A stretch of 64,000 nt of DNA from Tubiluchus corallicola (lineage: Eukaryota; Animalia; Priapulida), in assembly GCA_030141605.1 (NCBI GenBank), contig JAQGDQ010000342.1:124001-188000 (forward strand), written 5' to 3'. Of this stretch, positions 1 through 14,100 are shown one piece after another. The notes below the pieces were generated by a model. The model was given only the letters and a program-made list of their open reading frames with translations. It had not been told where the DNA came from and searched no databases. How positions within the stretch are numbered: position 1 is the first letter of the stretch; the number at the start of each line of letters is the position of its first letter. Made by a program: the position numbers and the translations under genes.

Positions 1-3000
1 TGCGGTATTTGTGCATGCTTTTGTACAGTAGGTATAAGTTTTTTTACGAAAGTTGTAGCTATATACTTATTTGTTGTGCATCTGAAAAGCAGTAGATATC
101 AAAGTGCTTAAAATAATACAGTACTCTTGAATAGGATGTTGTTTAAGAACGTGGAACGAGTTACTACAGTTAAAGTAATTAGCACCTCACATTGTAACGC
201 AGAAGGCGTGTGATGATTGAATACATAATTGTGCAACTCATTCAGGGGTTTAAAAAATCTAAAAATGTTAAGGCAAACCGAAAAAGCAAAATCATAAAAA
301 TACCTGGTATTTATGTCCCTGTGAATATGTAGACAGTGTAAACACATTTTATTTATCGGTAGAACCGGTTTTAGTCTGTTGTTTTTAACCGCACGTTCAA
401 AATGTTATCATATATCATACAAAATGTCATATTGACTTGCTCTTTGTGCATAAATACAGCCTGCTATAATTTTGAAAGTTCAAAAATTCTCTTTTAAAAA
501 TTTCATTGAACTTCAAGTGTTTAATTTGAGTACAAACTGTGCAAACATTTTCACATTTTGGTTAATAATTAATGCTTGGTGATGCTTCGTACGGTAAAAA
601 GCAAGCGTCATTCTGCTTCTGTTTGCTTTTGTGTACATTGCACTACCAGACTCTTTTAAAATGCCTTACGTACCCATGCAGATCAGATTGTTTTTTTATA
701 CTTCGTTATTTATAAAATGATTTGCATTATTTACCATTTGCTGTCTTGTAAACCATGTAGTTTCGTGTTTTTGCAGTTTCAGTAGGTACTTTCTCATACC
801 CCAGTAGGCATAATTATGTCTTTATAGCCTTAAGGTTGCTGTTTTTTCAGTTTGTGTACATTTCTTGTACTTGATAATAGTAGTTGGTATCGGGAGTAAA
901 TTATTGAGTTGAACAATGGGAATTCTAAAGATTAACCTCAACTTGGTTTTTGCAACTTCAGCAGTCAAACAGTGATAGTTAAGTAATTATGTATACTTAA
1001 TATATGACAATCATCGAGTATGTGAAATGGCGAAATCGTCTTAACCGAAAGCAGTATTTTTAAGATAAATTTCAGCAAACTGATATTGTGAATTTACATC
1101 AGTTGAAAATGTTTTCTGCATTGATGACATTACCAGAAATGTGACTATTAATAAGAAATGTCACTAACGTCGGATAAGTGTAGAGATGTTCAGAGTAACA
1201 CGTCTTCATAGATGCTCAGTTCATTAAACCTAAATTATAGCCGCTGGAATCATTGCTAGAATGATAGCTGTCAGTTGTCTACCTTTATTCATTAGTGAAG
1301 GAAAGTCAGCCATTCACAGTCTGTTACAGTGAGGAATAAGTGATGTACACCTGTATTATTATATGTGATTTTTTTCCCAAAATAAAAAAAGGCCTGTAGA
1401 GTGGCCTGTAACACCTATGTCTGTATTTCGCGAGTGAACAGGAAGTCTTGCGCAGAATTTAATTTGGAAAATTTCGATTTTCAACTGCATTTGGAAGCAG
1501 ATGATAAAATGGTTTTATGTTGTAATAACCGATAGATTTGTGGGATTGTTAAAAGTGTGTTAGAATGCTAGTGATTTATAATTAGATTAGTGAGAACTGT
1601 TTTGTCTCGAGTCATGTTTTTTTATTCTGTTGCTTTGTAAGTTTAGATAAACCCTAAATCTAAGGTTTTGTAGTTGTTAGTGCACATTGAACTTGTACAT
1701 ACAAGCTGTATTTATTGGCCTTCTGCAAGTTATTGAGTTTTTATGTCCAAGTGTCCTTCAGAAAGTTTGCTGTCTGCTTAGTTTTGTTAAAGCAAGCTTC
1801 TTTATAGTCGTTAGTTTTTTTTTCAAATTTGTTAAATTTTGCATTTTTTCTCGCAGATTGTTTTGCTTTAAATATTACACAATTGTATAATGATTGTGAT
1901 TAACATAAATTTGTACCTTAGAAAGAAAATAAAAGCTGTTCTGTGTGTTTGCAGCAGTCCTGGTTCTTCAAGTCTGTGGGTCTTAAGTGTACATAATTTT
2001 CAATGCTGCTGTGCATTAGTATAAACCATAACTATATGTCTTTCACCAGCATAACTATATCTCTTTCACCAGCACACCTTACTAGGTAGATTTTAGATCA
2101 ACCCAGCAAAGTCAAACTGAAATTATGCATGGATCTGTCACTGCTCACTTTGCGCATGGAGTCACGTATGAGTGTTTGACTAGCATCGCAAACTACATTT
2201 TACATCAGGTGATCACGGGAACAGAATACTTCTGTTTTTATTGTTTTCCATGTATACTTGCTCTTTTGGGTATGTAGCCTAAAGAGGAAGGAGATGAAGA
2301 AAGAGAGAAGCAGAGAGAAAAAAAAGATGGGAAAAGAGAATAAAAACAGAGAGACCAACAGGGATAAATACTGAGTGAGCGTAAGAGAATGAAGTGAGTG
2401 AACGAACGAATAGTGGCGGATGAGTAAATAAGCCGGCCTGTAGATTGGTGACCAAATAAGGGAGTAGGGAAGCAGATAAGATCCTGGCCAAAGATTTTAT
2501 CATTTTTTCACTGGTACACCTCTGTCTGCAGCTCACTAGGTAGATTTTAGATCAACCCGATAAAGTCAACCACAAATTGTGCATGGATCTATCGCCAGTT
2601 ACTTTATGCATGCAACGATATACAAGCATTAGACTGGCATCTCAAACCACATTTTACACTAGGTTGTAAAAGGAATGGAAAAACTTCCACTTATATTCCT
2701 GAATACTGTGCGAGGACTTGTATTTGTACTGGTTTACTTAAGTGATAAATAGTTAGCCATCGGCATGTCAGCATTTAAAGGGGAAAGAGAGGTAAAAAGA
2801 GAAAACAGTGTGAGGGATTGGAAAAGAGTAAAGAAAAGCAGAGAGCAACAGAGGAAAGAGGGAGGAGACAGGTATGTATTTGGAAGGGGATACCAAGTGA
2901 CTTGGTGGGAGAGCAAGTAAATGAATGGGTGGTTTACTCATAGTGGGTGGATGAGTAGAGAAGCAGGGAGGTAGTGACCAAATGAGGGGTAGAAAAGTAT

Positions 3001-3816
3001 ATAAAGAATCCTGCCTAAAAACTTCACATGAGGTGTGGTGAACAACAGTGGCTTTACTAACCATTCTGCCCTGTGTTAGTGTCTCTTGGTCGTGAAGAAA
3101 TACATTAGAGGTATACACACTTTGCATACAGTTTCGGTTTGCTAATTACCTTTGAATACAATTAATGTAGCAAGATTACAGCTCCTAGCATGCCTAATAT
3201 TGCTCCTGTAGTATGACTTGGGCTAATTGTGGGGCGATATACATGCCTCTTAGGCCTTTTAGCAACAACAGTCAGTGTAAAGCCTGCATATAGAATAAAA
3301 ATACCAAAATTATTGTCTATTCACTTTGACATCTTTTTGTACATGTTAAACAATAGAAAAATTCATACAACATTCATTCTTATGATGCAACTAGCACAAA
3401 ACAGAGCAAACGGTACCTGTCTATATCAAACACACAACCATTTAAACACAGAGCAGAACAACTCCTAGCTGCTTCAGAGCGAAATGGTGTAATTTAATAA
3501 AGGCACTCGGGGAATTTTGTACCCCGGTACTGGTAAACAAGGGTTAATGCTGCAGTTTACGAACAATAGCAATTATGATTTGCACGAGTCAGGTTAATTA
3601 ATTAGTTAAGCAGAGGCTAACAACTTTTTTTATAAAAATCCTACCCTATTATTTGCTGCAAGTATCAGCAAAAATGACACGTGACAAAGCAAAACTCACA
3701 CAGCGACACTATGGTGTTCACTCAATAGGGTTATATAGTCATTGAAATTGGTGCATTCTCCCTGTCTCTCGATCTTTTCTCATTACTATGAACTAACACG
3801 CTCGCCTTTGCAACAG

Positions 3817-4052
3817 GCAAGAAATTATTCGGGGAGACCTACAGCGACTTGGAGTATGACTACCGGGGACTCGTGTGGTTGTACAACACCATCAACAACT
3901 TACAGAAAGCGGGGGAATACAGGAACACCCTGCATCAGTGGAAGCAGTTGAGAGACCAGCACACGGAAACCAACGTGCGTCTCAACGAACTTAAAAGAGA
4001 ATGTGAGACAGTGGAGGGCGTAGTTGAACTGTTCTTCCAGCTGGCTTCATGA
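3817..4052 (+). CDS. APPBP2: Terminal coding exon of amyloid protein-binding protein 2 (APPBP2/PAT1); upstream exons lie outside the window
   Basis: Branch-like CTAAC at ~3793 and acceptor caacag|G at 3816/3817. Reads GKKLFGETYSDLEYDYRGLVWLYNTINNLQK...HQWKQLRD...LFFQLAS*, matching the recalled APPBP2 C-terminus GKKLFGEGYSGLEYDYRGL. AATAAA at 5335-5340 is followed by a GT-rich element. Confidence 0.85.
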
Positions 4053-5987
4053 TAGCGTTCCAGACGTTTTTTATTTTTAGTCATTACAAAACAGCATGAC
4101 GTTGATATTGCGGTGTTACTGTATTTGCGCATGCGTTGTATTTTTTTTACGAAACTACTAGCGATACCTCTGCAAAAGTAGTTAAAAGTTAAGCAGTAAT
4201 TTTCCAAAGAATGCAGTTGAAAAAACTGGAATCAATTTTGGCAGTTAAAGTAGTAAGCAACTGTGATTAACACACAATAGCTTTTATTCTTGATCATAAA
4301 ATTGTTCAAGACACTGGTGAGTTTTAAAAAAGTACAAAACCAAAAATCGCAAACACACCTACCCACTATGTACGGCTCTGGGAATATGCACATTCTTTAT
4401 TTAACGGTGGAACTGGTTTCAGGCGTTTTGTTTTCAACCGCATTGTCATCTGATTTGTTATAGTGCCGTTTGCTTGCAAATATACCTTAATAAATCTTTA
4501 AAAAATTCTCTATTAAAAATATCACGTCACTACCTTGAGGTATCTCATTTGAGTAGTTACAAACAGTTGCAGACGTGATCACAATTGTAGTTAATAATTT
4601 GCGCTTCACTACTGTTTTGTGTCATAAAGAGCGAAGTGTCATTCTATTTCTGTTAACTGGTTGTATTTTTTTGCATAAATTATTCTGGTGTGCTAGAACC
4701 TAAACTTTTACGCAAACTATACAGATAGGATTGTTTTTATGCATTATTATTTACATGAGAAAGATTTGCATTGTTTACAACTGCTATCTGTAAAGTGTAG
4801 GCGGGAGTACACGTTTTTTGGCACCCCAGTAGACACATACCTTTGCACGCTTATCGTCGCTGTTTTTCAGTTTTTGTGCATCTCTTGTATTTTTTAATTG
4901 AGTAGTTAGTATCACGAGCGAATTATTGACGTGAATAATGGCTAATTTAGAGTAGATTAGCTTAAGCACAACTTCTTACGTGGATTGTTTAAATTAGAAA
5001 AAGTGCCAAAGTGATTTATAAATAGATTACGGAGCATCAATTTGTCATCAGACCTTGTTTATTAGTCGTAGTTTTGTAAATTTAGATAAACTGTAAATCA
5101 CAGATTTTGTAGTTGTCTCGAGCACGTTGAATTTTTATATACATGCCCATTTTGAAAATTATACATTTTTTCTATTTAGCTGTCCTTGTGTCTTTCACCA
5201 AGGCTTTTCTATAGCCATGAGTGTTCACTAATTTAAATATTGCGTTTTTTTCGTAGATTTTTACTGGTTTAGTAGCAACTATTACACTATATTACCGTGA
5301 ATGCGATTATCATCAATTTGTATCTTAGAAAGAAAATAAAGGCTGTACTGTGTGTTGACAGCAGTCCTGGTTCTTTAAGTCTGTAGGTCATAAGTGTGCA
5401 GAATTCCCAATGCTGCTGTACATTAGTGTAAACCATAACTATATCTCTTTCACCAGCATACCTTTCTCTGCAGCTCGCTAGGTAGATTTTAGATCAACCC
5501 AGCAAAGTCAAACTGAAATTATGCATGGATGTGTCACTACTCACTTTGCGCATGCAGACGTGTAAGTGTTTGACTAGTATCGCAAACTACATTTTACATT
5601 ACGTGATCACGGGAGCAGAATACTTCAGTTTTTATTGTTTTCCTACATTCATGTATACTTGCTCTTTTGGGTATGTAGCCTAAAGAGGATGGAGATGAAG
5701 AAAGAGAGAAGCAGAGAGAGAAAAAGATGGGAAAAGAGAATAAAAACAGAGAGACCACAGGGATAAATACTGAGTGAGCATAAGAGAATGAAGTGAGGGA
5801 ATGAACGAATAGTGGCAGATGAGTAAATAAGCCGGCCTGTTGACCGGTGACCAAATAAGGGAGTAGGGAAGCAGATAAGAATCCTGGCCAAAGATTTTGT
5901 CATGAGAGGTGAATACTGCGGCATATACTGTTTGGATCGTTGTGCATGATCAGTGTTAATTTAAAACTGATAGCTGATAGACTGCTA

Positions 5988-6198
5988 AAGACAAAGACAA
6001 GACTTATTTACTGTCATTTTAACAGACAACGTTAGCACTAACGGTTATTTAGCGACTTACAACGATACATATCAGGACCCAACACTCGCACAACGAATAA
6101 CATGTAGGTTATAATGCCCTGGCGTTGGCAGACGCATGGTCTCAAACTCAAACCGGCACGGTTGCAGTCCGAAAACCAGATCACTCTGCCACCCAACC
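5988..6198 (-). mobile_element. Degenerate tRNA-derived SINE
   Basis: Minus strand begins GGGTGGCAGAGTGATCTGG (A-box-like), then CTGCAAC and GGTTTGAGTTTGAGACC (B-box-like), and ends in a short TCTTG-like tail. It is absent from the upstream duplicate copy. Confidence 0.5.
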
Positions 6199-7602
6199 CA
6201 AGACTGTGATCGTGGGATAAAGTCTGGCAAGAAATTCAAGCAAAATAACAAAGTTAAACAAAATATTTACATTTTTATTAAATAAACAACCATTTGTCAA
6301 AAGTGCTGCTTAACAATGGCCATGAAGCAACACAGTTATTAGAGACGTACACAACTTTCAGTCTGAATCATTACACACTATTCATGTAGTGAATTATGTA
6401 AGGTCTTGTACATCATACGCTTCTAGCATGCCTAATATTACTGCTAGCATGTAGTACGACATGCACAATGCGTTTATTTACAAACATTTTTCATACGTAT
6501 GCATACAGTAAGAAACAAACAACACCGTTAAAAGGCCATACTGAAAAACGTCTTACGGGAATGACCTGTATAGAATTTTCTGTGTAGGAACAATACACAG
6601 GCTTTTATGTTCAGTAAAACGTTGCTGATTAACAAATCATTTTTTACATTCGTGGTGCCCAACTTTGTGGTAGGACAATCTTTAATTTAACCCTTGCTTG
6701 CTCTACCAGCTCCATTTGTACATGCGACTATGTCATACGTTCCTGTCTACCTTGTTGCATGGCATTTTCTAATAAAGTTTTGCTAGAATGTGCGAATAAA
6801 ACTGGCGCAAGTCACTTGTTTAGTAATCACATTATAGTGTGCAATTCAATTAGGTCTCCTAGGTGTAACTTTGGCTTTTTGGGTAAGAACAGCATGTGCA
6901 AAGCTTTCATCACGATGTAAAAAATACTTACAAATTCTGTGTTTTTACTTCGACATATTTGCACAAATACAAAGCAATCGGAAAAATGCCAAATTTTAAT
7001 GAATACAGCAATTCTGTTTAGCATAAAGAAGTGTTCATTCATAACCACGTTTCACTCATTAATTAGCTAGGTAGAGACTACAATTTACCAACAGTAATGC
7101 AAAATTATTTTATAAAATCCTACACATTACCTTGGTGCAAGAACAACATATCACGATATTATTTCAAGCTACCGTATAAATGGCAGTTTCTGTTTTTCTA
7201 TACAGTTATACACATTCACTCTCTTACTTTCTAAAAACTTTCCGTAAATTACAAACAATTTGAGTTGACAAGAACATAAGGTTCTGCTGTCATGACACTA
7301 CCATGCTGGAGTTGCACATGTAGTCGTTTAAGATCATGCTCAAGGAGCAAGAATTACGATGACAGAATTCCAGAAAGAAGCAGCTTAAAGAAAAATAACA
7401 CACAATTTATAGCATAATTAAGTTAAGCTCACATTTAAAAAAAATATGGTTTCATCGATGTAGTCTTGCAATGTGGAAAATGACAAATACAATTCAATGT
7501 GCATCTTAACCTATCTACTGCGCAAGTGCATCAGAACTAAGTATAAAATGTTTGTTTCGATGATTCCATTACTTACAGCAGATAAACTAACAAGAAATGA
7601 GA

Positions 7603-10600
7603 TTATGAAGGTTTTAATAAACTAGGCTGTGATTCCTTCTTGGCTCTGGCAAGCTGAACTCGAGTCTGCCAGTCCATGGAGACCGGAGTAAAGTTAGGAT
7701 TATCCAACGCTTCTCCACTATAAAAAACAATCAAATTATCAATCTGACTGAGGAAGGCAGATTCGCTGTTGCGAAATTCCTACAGTTATGGTGCATTTAC
7801 ACGGCTGAGAAATTCCTACAGTTACGATGCATTTACACGGCTGAGAAATTCCTACAGTTACGGTGCATTTACACGGCCGAGAAATTTCTACAGTTACGGT
7901 GCATTTACACGGCCGAGAAATTCCTACAGTTACGGTGCATTTACACGGCTGAGAAATTCCTACAGTTACGGTGCATTTACACGGCCGAGAAATTCCTACA
8001 GTTACGGTGCATTTACACGGCCGAGAAATTCCTACAGTTACGGTGCATTTACATGGCTGAGAAATTCCTACATTACGGTGCATTTACACGGCCGAGCAAT
8101 TCCTACAGTTACGGTGCATTTACACGGCCAAGAAATTCCTACAGTTACGGTGCATTTACACGGCTGAGAAATTCCTACAGTTACGGTGCATTTACACGGC
8201 CGAGAAATTCCTACAGTTACGGTGCATTTACACGGCCGAGAAATTTCTACAGTTACGGTGCATTTACACGGCCGAGAAATTCCTACAGTTACGGTGCATT
8301 TACACGGCCGAGAAATTCCTACAGTTACGGTGCATTTACACGGCCGAGAAATTCCTACAGTTACGGTGCATTTACACGGCCGAGAAATTCCTACAGTTAC
8401 GGTGCATTTACACGGCCGAGAAATTCCTACAGTTATGGTGCATTTACACGGCTGAGAAATTCCTACAGTTACGATGCATTTACACGGCTGAGAAATTCCT
8501 ACAGTTACGGTGCATTTACACGGCCGAGAAATTCCTACAGTTACGGTGCATTTACACGGCCGAGAAATTCCTACAGTTACGGTGCATTTACACGGCCGAG
8601 AAATTCCTACAGTTACGGTGCATTTACATGGCTGAGAAATTCCTACACTTACCTTTCTATGGCTTGCTTCTTCCACTGTTCTATCCATCGTTCATGCTTC
8701 TGCTGATCATCTACCTCGGGTTGGTCATTTTCCTCTCTCACTTGATCCTTGATTTGCTGCCATTTTTGCACCATTTCTGACATCCCTTTCTTCTTTAGTA
8801 ACAGCCCGCTTGACTTGGTCTGACAAAAATCAATTCTAAAATGTCAGACCACAAGTAACTATTGCAGTTATGAATTCTTACCCCATCATAAATGTTTTCT
8901 ACAGACGTCACAAAAAAAGAGGAAAATTTCTGTGTTTAAAATTGTGTTATAAATTTCCTTTGGTGTAGTTGCCTTCAGTTACCACTTACAAGCAGTGGTC
9001 AAGTAAAACAGATTAGGCAATTTTCTTAGGGCAGTGGACTTTAGGCTGACCACAAAAAATATTGTTTCCGTCGAAACCTCAGAAGATGAAAAGATGTCAG
9101 TAGTGAGCAAGAAATTTAAAAAAAATGTTTTAAAGCTTTGTAAATGGAATAAAGTCAGTTGAAATCAAAGTTTTGTAAATTTCACTCTGGTTAACAGTAA
9201 CGTTTTACATTTTTTCAACGGACATTTATGCACGCTTTGGTTTTTTAGCTTTTTGTTTCGCATTTCCAAATTATCATATAATAATCGCTTATCGTATAGT
9301 CTCTTTTTTGCAGCATATGAATGTATGTTCTGATAATTATGATACAACAGGCAACACTGCTCGGCTGTTAATACGCTGATTTGGTGGAAAGTACGACGTT
9401 TTTTAGCCTCCAGTACCATAAAAAAGCATCATACAAAACTGACCATGAGTTAGTCATCAAAAAACATGGCTCCATCATCACCGAAAGAACGGTGTTATAA
9501 TAATAATTATCACATTTTTAACGTTTTAAATGAAAAAACGATTCTATATGACTGTGTCAGGTGGGAATACGAGCGTACAGCTATTTCTATGGCGAACTAA
9601 CTGTATTTAAATAAACCTTTTATCGAACTGCATGAGGTAAAAAATACATTTGAAAATTAGAATTGAAAACGAACAAATTAGTTAAATAAATTCGTTGCCT
9701 CTGGACAAGCACTCATATATTCTAATGTTAACACTTCAAGGTGAAGCTTTACTTGACCTGGACATGTATGCATTTCTGAATTATGAATTTATTCCACAGC
9801 AACTCAAACATACATATAAATTGATATAACATTGAAAAAAATAAACTATGCGAGTTACTGTGAGGAGGAGGAAGGAGCATTTAGCTTTCGAGTCCTCCTC
9901 CAGATAAGTGAAATAAGTGACAATTAACATTACATTTTCATCAGTTATAACGTACATTAGAACAAAATAAGTTTTGTTAGTAACTTAAGATCAGGATGAG
10001 TACAATTGTGAGTTAATTATGCCGTTGTAGTAGGTAATTGTTTGATGCTTTTTTAAATTGATAAACATTTTTCATTTCACGCGGAATTGATGACCATATT
10101 TTAATAGCATTATATTTTGATGACTGTTTCATTATATTTGTTTTTGGAAGAGGTAGTACATAGTTTTCGACTGAATATCTTGTGTAATGATCATGTTGAT
10201 TTGAAACTGGACTAAAGTATGACTGAAAAGCTGGTGGAAGTAGTGAATTATGATAGTGATACATGAAATGAAGACAATACATGTCGTATATTTCTTTAAC
10301 TTTAACAGTTTTAACAGACAAGTAAATTATATTTGTGGGATTTCATTATGAAATTTTTCTACCTTTTTTTTCTTCTTCTTATCCTGTCGCTCGCTATCCG
10401 ATGCCTTCTTCTTTTCCGCAGTCTTAGAAGTGTCGGTACTGTAAGAAGGTTCAACAGCATACGCCGGCTCGGCAGAGTACAGCATAGGTTTTGCTACCAA
10501 CGAACCTCCATCCTGTGTGGGGGTATACCGAACTGCTGGAAATTTTTCAATTACTGGTGCTGCAGCCATGTAGGGAGTCGCGGCCATTGCCGATTCCGTC

Positions 10601-10934
10601 ATTACCATACCAGATGACATCATCGACAGTGCATCAACCGAAGGAGGGGGTACCATGGTCGGAGGTTCCACGGCCCAGTCACTCGCCTCTGCTGTCAGCG
10701 GAGCCTGGCCGATTGGCAGGACGGTAGTAGTTGCGGTTCCCATGACAACGGGGGCGATGCTGGAAGAAATGGCTGATGACAACATTGGCGGAGGCAATGG
10801 AGGGAGAGAAAGTGGGGGTGGAGACGAGGCTGTAACCAATTTGGTATCATCATCCGAGTCCTGTAAAGGAAAAACAGAAAATCACTTTTTGTATAACGAG
10901 CGGTGCAGATATAAAGCTTTGCTCTCTCTTCCTT

Positions 10935-10987
<53 letters not shown>

Positions 10988-10989
10988 CC

Positions 10990-11020
<31 letters not shown>

Positions 11021-11067
11021 CCTCTCTCTCTCTCTCCCTACTCCCTCCTATCTTTTTTTTTTTTTTT

Positions 11068-11150
<83 letters not shown>

Positions 11151-14100
11151 TCTCTCTTTGTGCCTCTTATCCTCATTCTCTGTCTTAATCTCTCTTTCTC
11201 TTCCCCATTTGTTTCAGAATACTAGATCAAATTCAACTGTCCACAGCCAGACACACTGCATGCAACAAAATGCAATACTGCACTGCCGAGAATCCAAATG
11301 TTCTGATCACCAGCTTCAACAAAAGCCAAACAATTAGAATTACATCAACTTAATCACATGAATCGCTGCAAATCAGTAAATAGTTTATAACAATTCACTA
11401 CTTACATCTTCAATTTCCATATCGACTCCATCGTCAAATTCGTCGCTTGCAGTCTTTAGCAAATCCAATGCCGACAGCATGTTCAGCGCACCCGTGGGAG
11501 GAAGAGGGGGAGGTGGAAGAATGTTCATTTCAGACGGTGGAGGGACGGGAGGAGTAGGTACGGAGTCATCGAGCACGGGAGGTGGAGTCGTCATCACTGG
11601 TAAAGCAACAGTGTCAGTTCCTGGTGGTAGAGGTTCATCGTAGGTAACCAATCGGTTGGAAGAGGAAAGTGCAGAAGCTTCCATCTCACTTGTAGAAGCA
11701 GCAGGACATTCATTCGCTGACACTTCTTCCTCTTGGTCAAGGAAATCATACGGCACCAATGAAAATGGCAGCTTCTCACTGTCCTCACCATCGGTGTCAT
11801 TCTCATTATCGATTCCTGCCAAAATGTTAAAAAGCGTTTCACTGATTAGCATTCGCACTGACAGCTACTAATTATGCATAACTATATGGATCCTATTGAA
11901 AGTACACGGTTTTTAAGACATTTACTAAAAGTGGCTAAGAATCTCATCCTCTCGAGGGACTTAGACCCACGACCCGTGTTATAATGTAGAAGTACTATTG
12001 GTGATCACTAATTAAAAGCGAAAATACAGCTTTTAGTTGACATTGATCCTTTTTCTCTTTCCCCACATACAAATTGGGCAAAGATGAACGTAAAATAAAG
12101 AAATTGTGCCTACCTTTGTTTTGAACGTTGCCTGACGTAGCGGCAGCAAGACCGGCATCTAACAGCTCCTCCACATCTACTAAGTCGTCGAAACTTTGCT
12201 CATCATTCTGTGCATTTGACACGCCTGGTGAATTGTCACTCATAGTTTGTGCAGGTTTTACAAACGTTGTGCTTAACTGCTGTGACATGTCTTCCCTTCT
12301 TTCAGATCCAATGGACTGCACAAAGCCATCATTTGAAGACAACAACTGTCCTTCATTCCTGTCGGCTTCATTCTCAGAAGGTTTAGCGGCTTCCACAAAC
12401 AGTTTCTTTGATTCTTGCAGATCTTTATCATTGGTTGCTTTCAAAGTTGCAGAATCATCTCTAACAGTCGACAAAGATTCTCCGCTAATCTTGCGCGACT
12501 TTGACTGCTTTGGATCTCGGCTGGCTTTGCCTGGTTCTTCTACTTTTGAAGCAAGTTCAGGTGATACATCTTCAACAATTATTTGAATATCATCCTCATT
12601 AGACGTCTTGGATGCTTTCGAAGAGTGTCTCTTTTTAGCACTAGAATGCTTGAGCTTTGATGAGATACTCTCTGTCTTCTTTGAAGATGAAGAACGTTTT
12701 TTGGACTTTTTTGGTTCATCTGATGATTTAGAAGTAGACTTTTTCGATCTCTTTGAAAAGCCATAAGCGTCTTCTGATTTGGAACGCTTCTTTGCTCTAT
12801 GCGAGGATGAATCATCCTTCTTTTTCTCGTGTTTGTCTTTCTTTTTAGAATGTTTCTTGGATTTCCGCGTTTTTCCTTCCGTCGACATCGACGACAACGA
12901 ACGTTCTCGAGATTTCGAAGATTCTTTTTCGTCCTTCTTTGCCAGTTTTTTGGATTCTTCCTTGTCAGGTGTCTGTTTGTTGCTTATCTTCTTCACCGAC
13001 GATTCCTGAGTAGCAATTTGCATCTCCGGCTTTCCCTTCTTTGCTTGTGGACCTCCCGCATCGCCGACACCTGGTGTATTTTTAGTGGCCTCTTTTGAAG
13101 TCCGTTCGTCACTCGAAGTTGAAAGCACTTTCTTTTTTTCTTCCATATCTCTCTCAACAATGGGATAGTCCCACTGCGATTCACCAGTTATGTCGTTAAC
13201 ATAGAAATACCGTTTGTACGTCCTGCAGAGAAAAAGAATGCAGATCAGCGGTGCCCTAAACTCAGACGTTACATCGGTCTGGAGCTTGATGGGGAGTTGA
13301 GAAAAACACGACGATAAGGTTAACACAAACAGCAAGGAAAGAGAGTCAGCGTTCTCCACGACGGAAAACCAGTCTCGGGAAAACACACACACACACACAT
13401 ATCTGCTACAACGTATCAAGGAACTAATGTTCCATACACAAACAGAAAACACAAAATTAGAAGATCATCAGTGTCACAATAACACTGATGAAGATGGGAC
13501 CAACGAAGAACCAATTCTTTTAACAGGCCTTTATGGACAATGAATAAGTAAGCACAATGCATGTTACCTTACTGGCTACTGCTATCAACGTGTCCGCCAT
13601 TAGATGTTACAATCCTCCTTCAGATAATGACGCATTCGGCGTTCCAGACTCTAACCTCTCTCACTGTCGAACTTCTTCTTTTTCATTAAGCACATACAAA
13701 GTTTCATATTGCACAAATGTTCAACACAGTCAATGTTCTGAACAAAACTACCATGTCGCAATGGCAGTGGTAACACTGTCGAGCGGGGATGGCTTCACGA
13801 GGAGGTACCACTAAAGGCAATTGGAAGCCATAGGAGGACAGGTTGCAAATGTAAAAAAAGTAAAGAGCATACCTGTCCCAGCAACAAGACCACCCCGGAG
13901 GCGACGCAGTCTGTTCATACTCTTCGAGCTGTTCACTTCCGGCTGTCAAGCACTTCACAAAGTACGATGAACCGAGCCCGCCTTCCTGCCAATCTTTCAT
14001 ACGTGTCTAAAAGAAATTGAAATATTTAAATGTAAAAGGAACAATTAATAAAGGGTAGCTTTTTAATATTTAAACAAATTATTTCTTATTTAATATCGAG

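Larger units (their letters stand above)
1..7140. repeat. Diverged tandem segmental duplication: ~1-3680 resembles ~4100-7140
   Basis: Colinear similar blocks: 340-950 vs 4390-4965, 1620-2500 vs 5065-5900, 3180-3200 vs 6420-6445, 3630-3662 vs 7108-7141. There is also an internal re-duplication of ~2070-2500 at ~2515-3020. Confidence 0.8.

Noticed and set aside
7773-8647. CRISPR array, or a repetitive protein (ORFs 7739-8706), given the 36-bp period
   Set aside because: Units are contiguous with no unique spacers and there are no cas genes. The array lies inside a spliceosomal intron, and the ORFs arise from a stop-free unit whose length is a multiple of three.
12128-13098. Plus-strand ORFs overlapping FNBP4 exon 10, and similar antisense ORFs over the IRs and ERGIC3
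   Set aside because: Shadow frames of real coding exons, with no recognisable motifs.
13466-13512. Hammerhead-like CTGATGA next to a hairpin
   Set aside because: No stem II followed by GAAA; it is only a 9-bp hairpin (CATCAGTGT/ACACTGATG).
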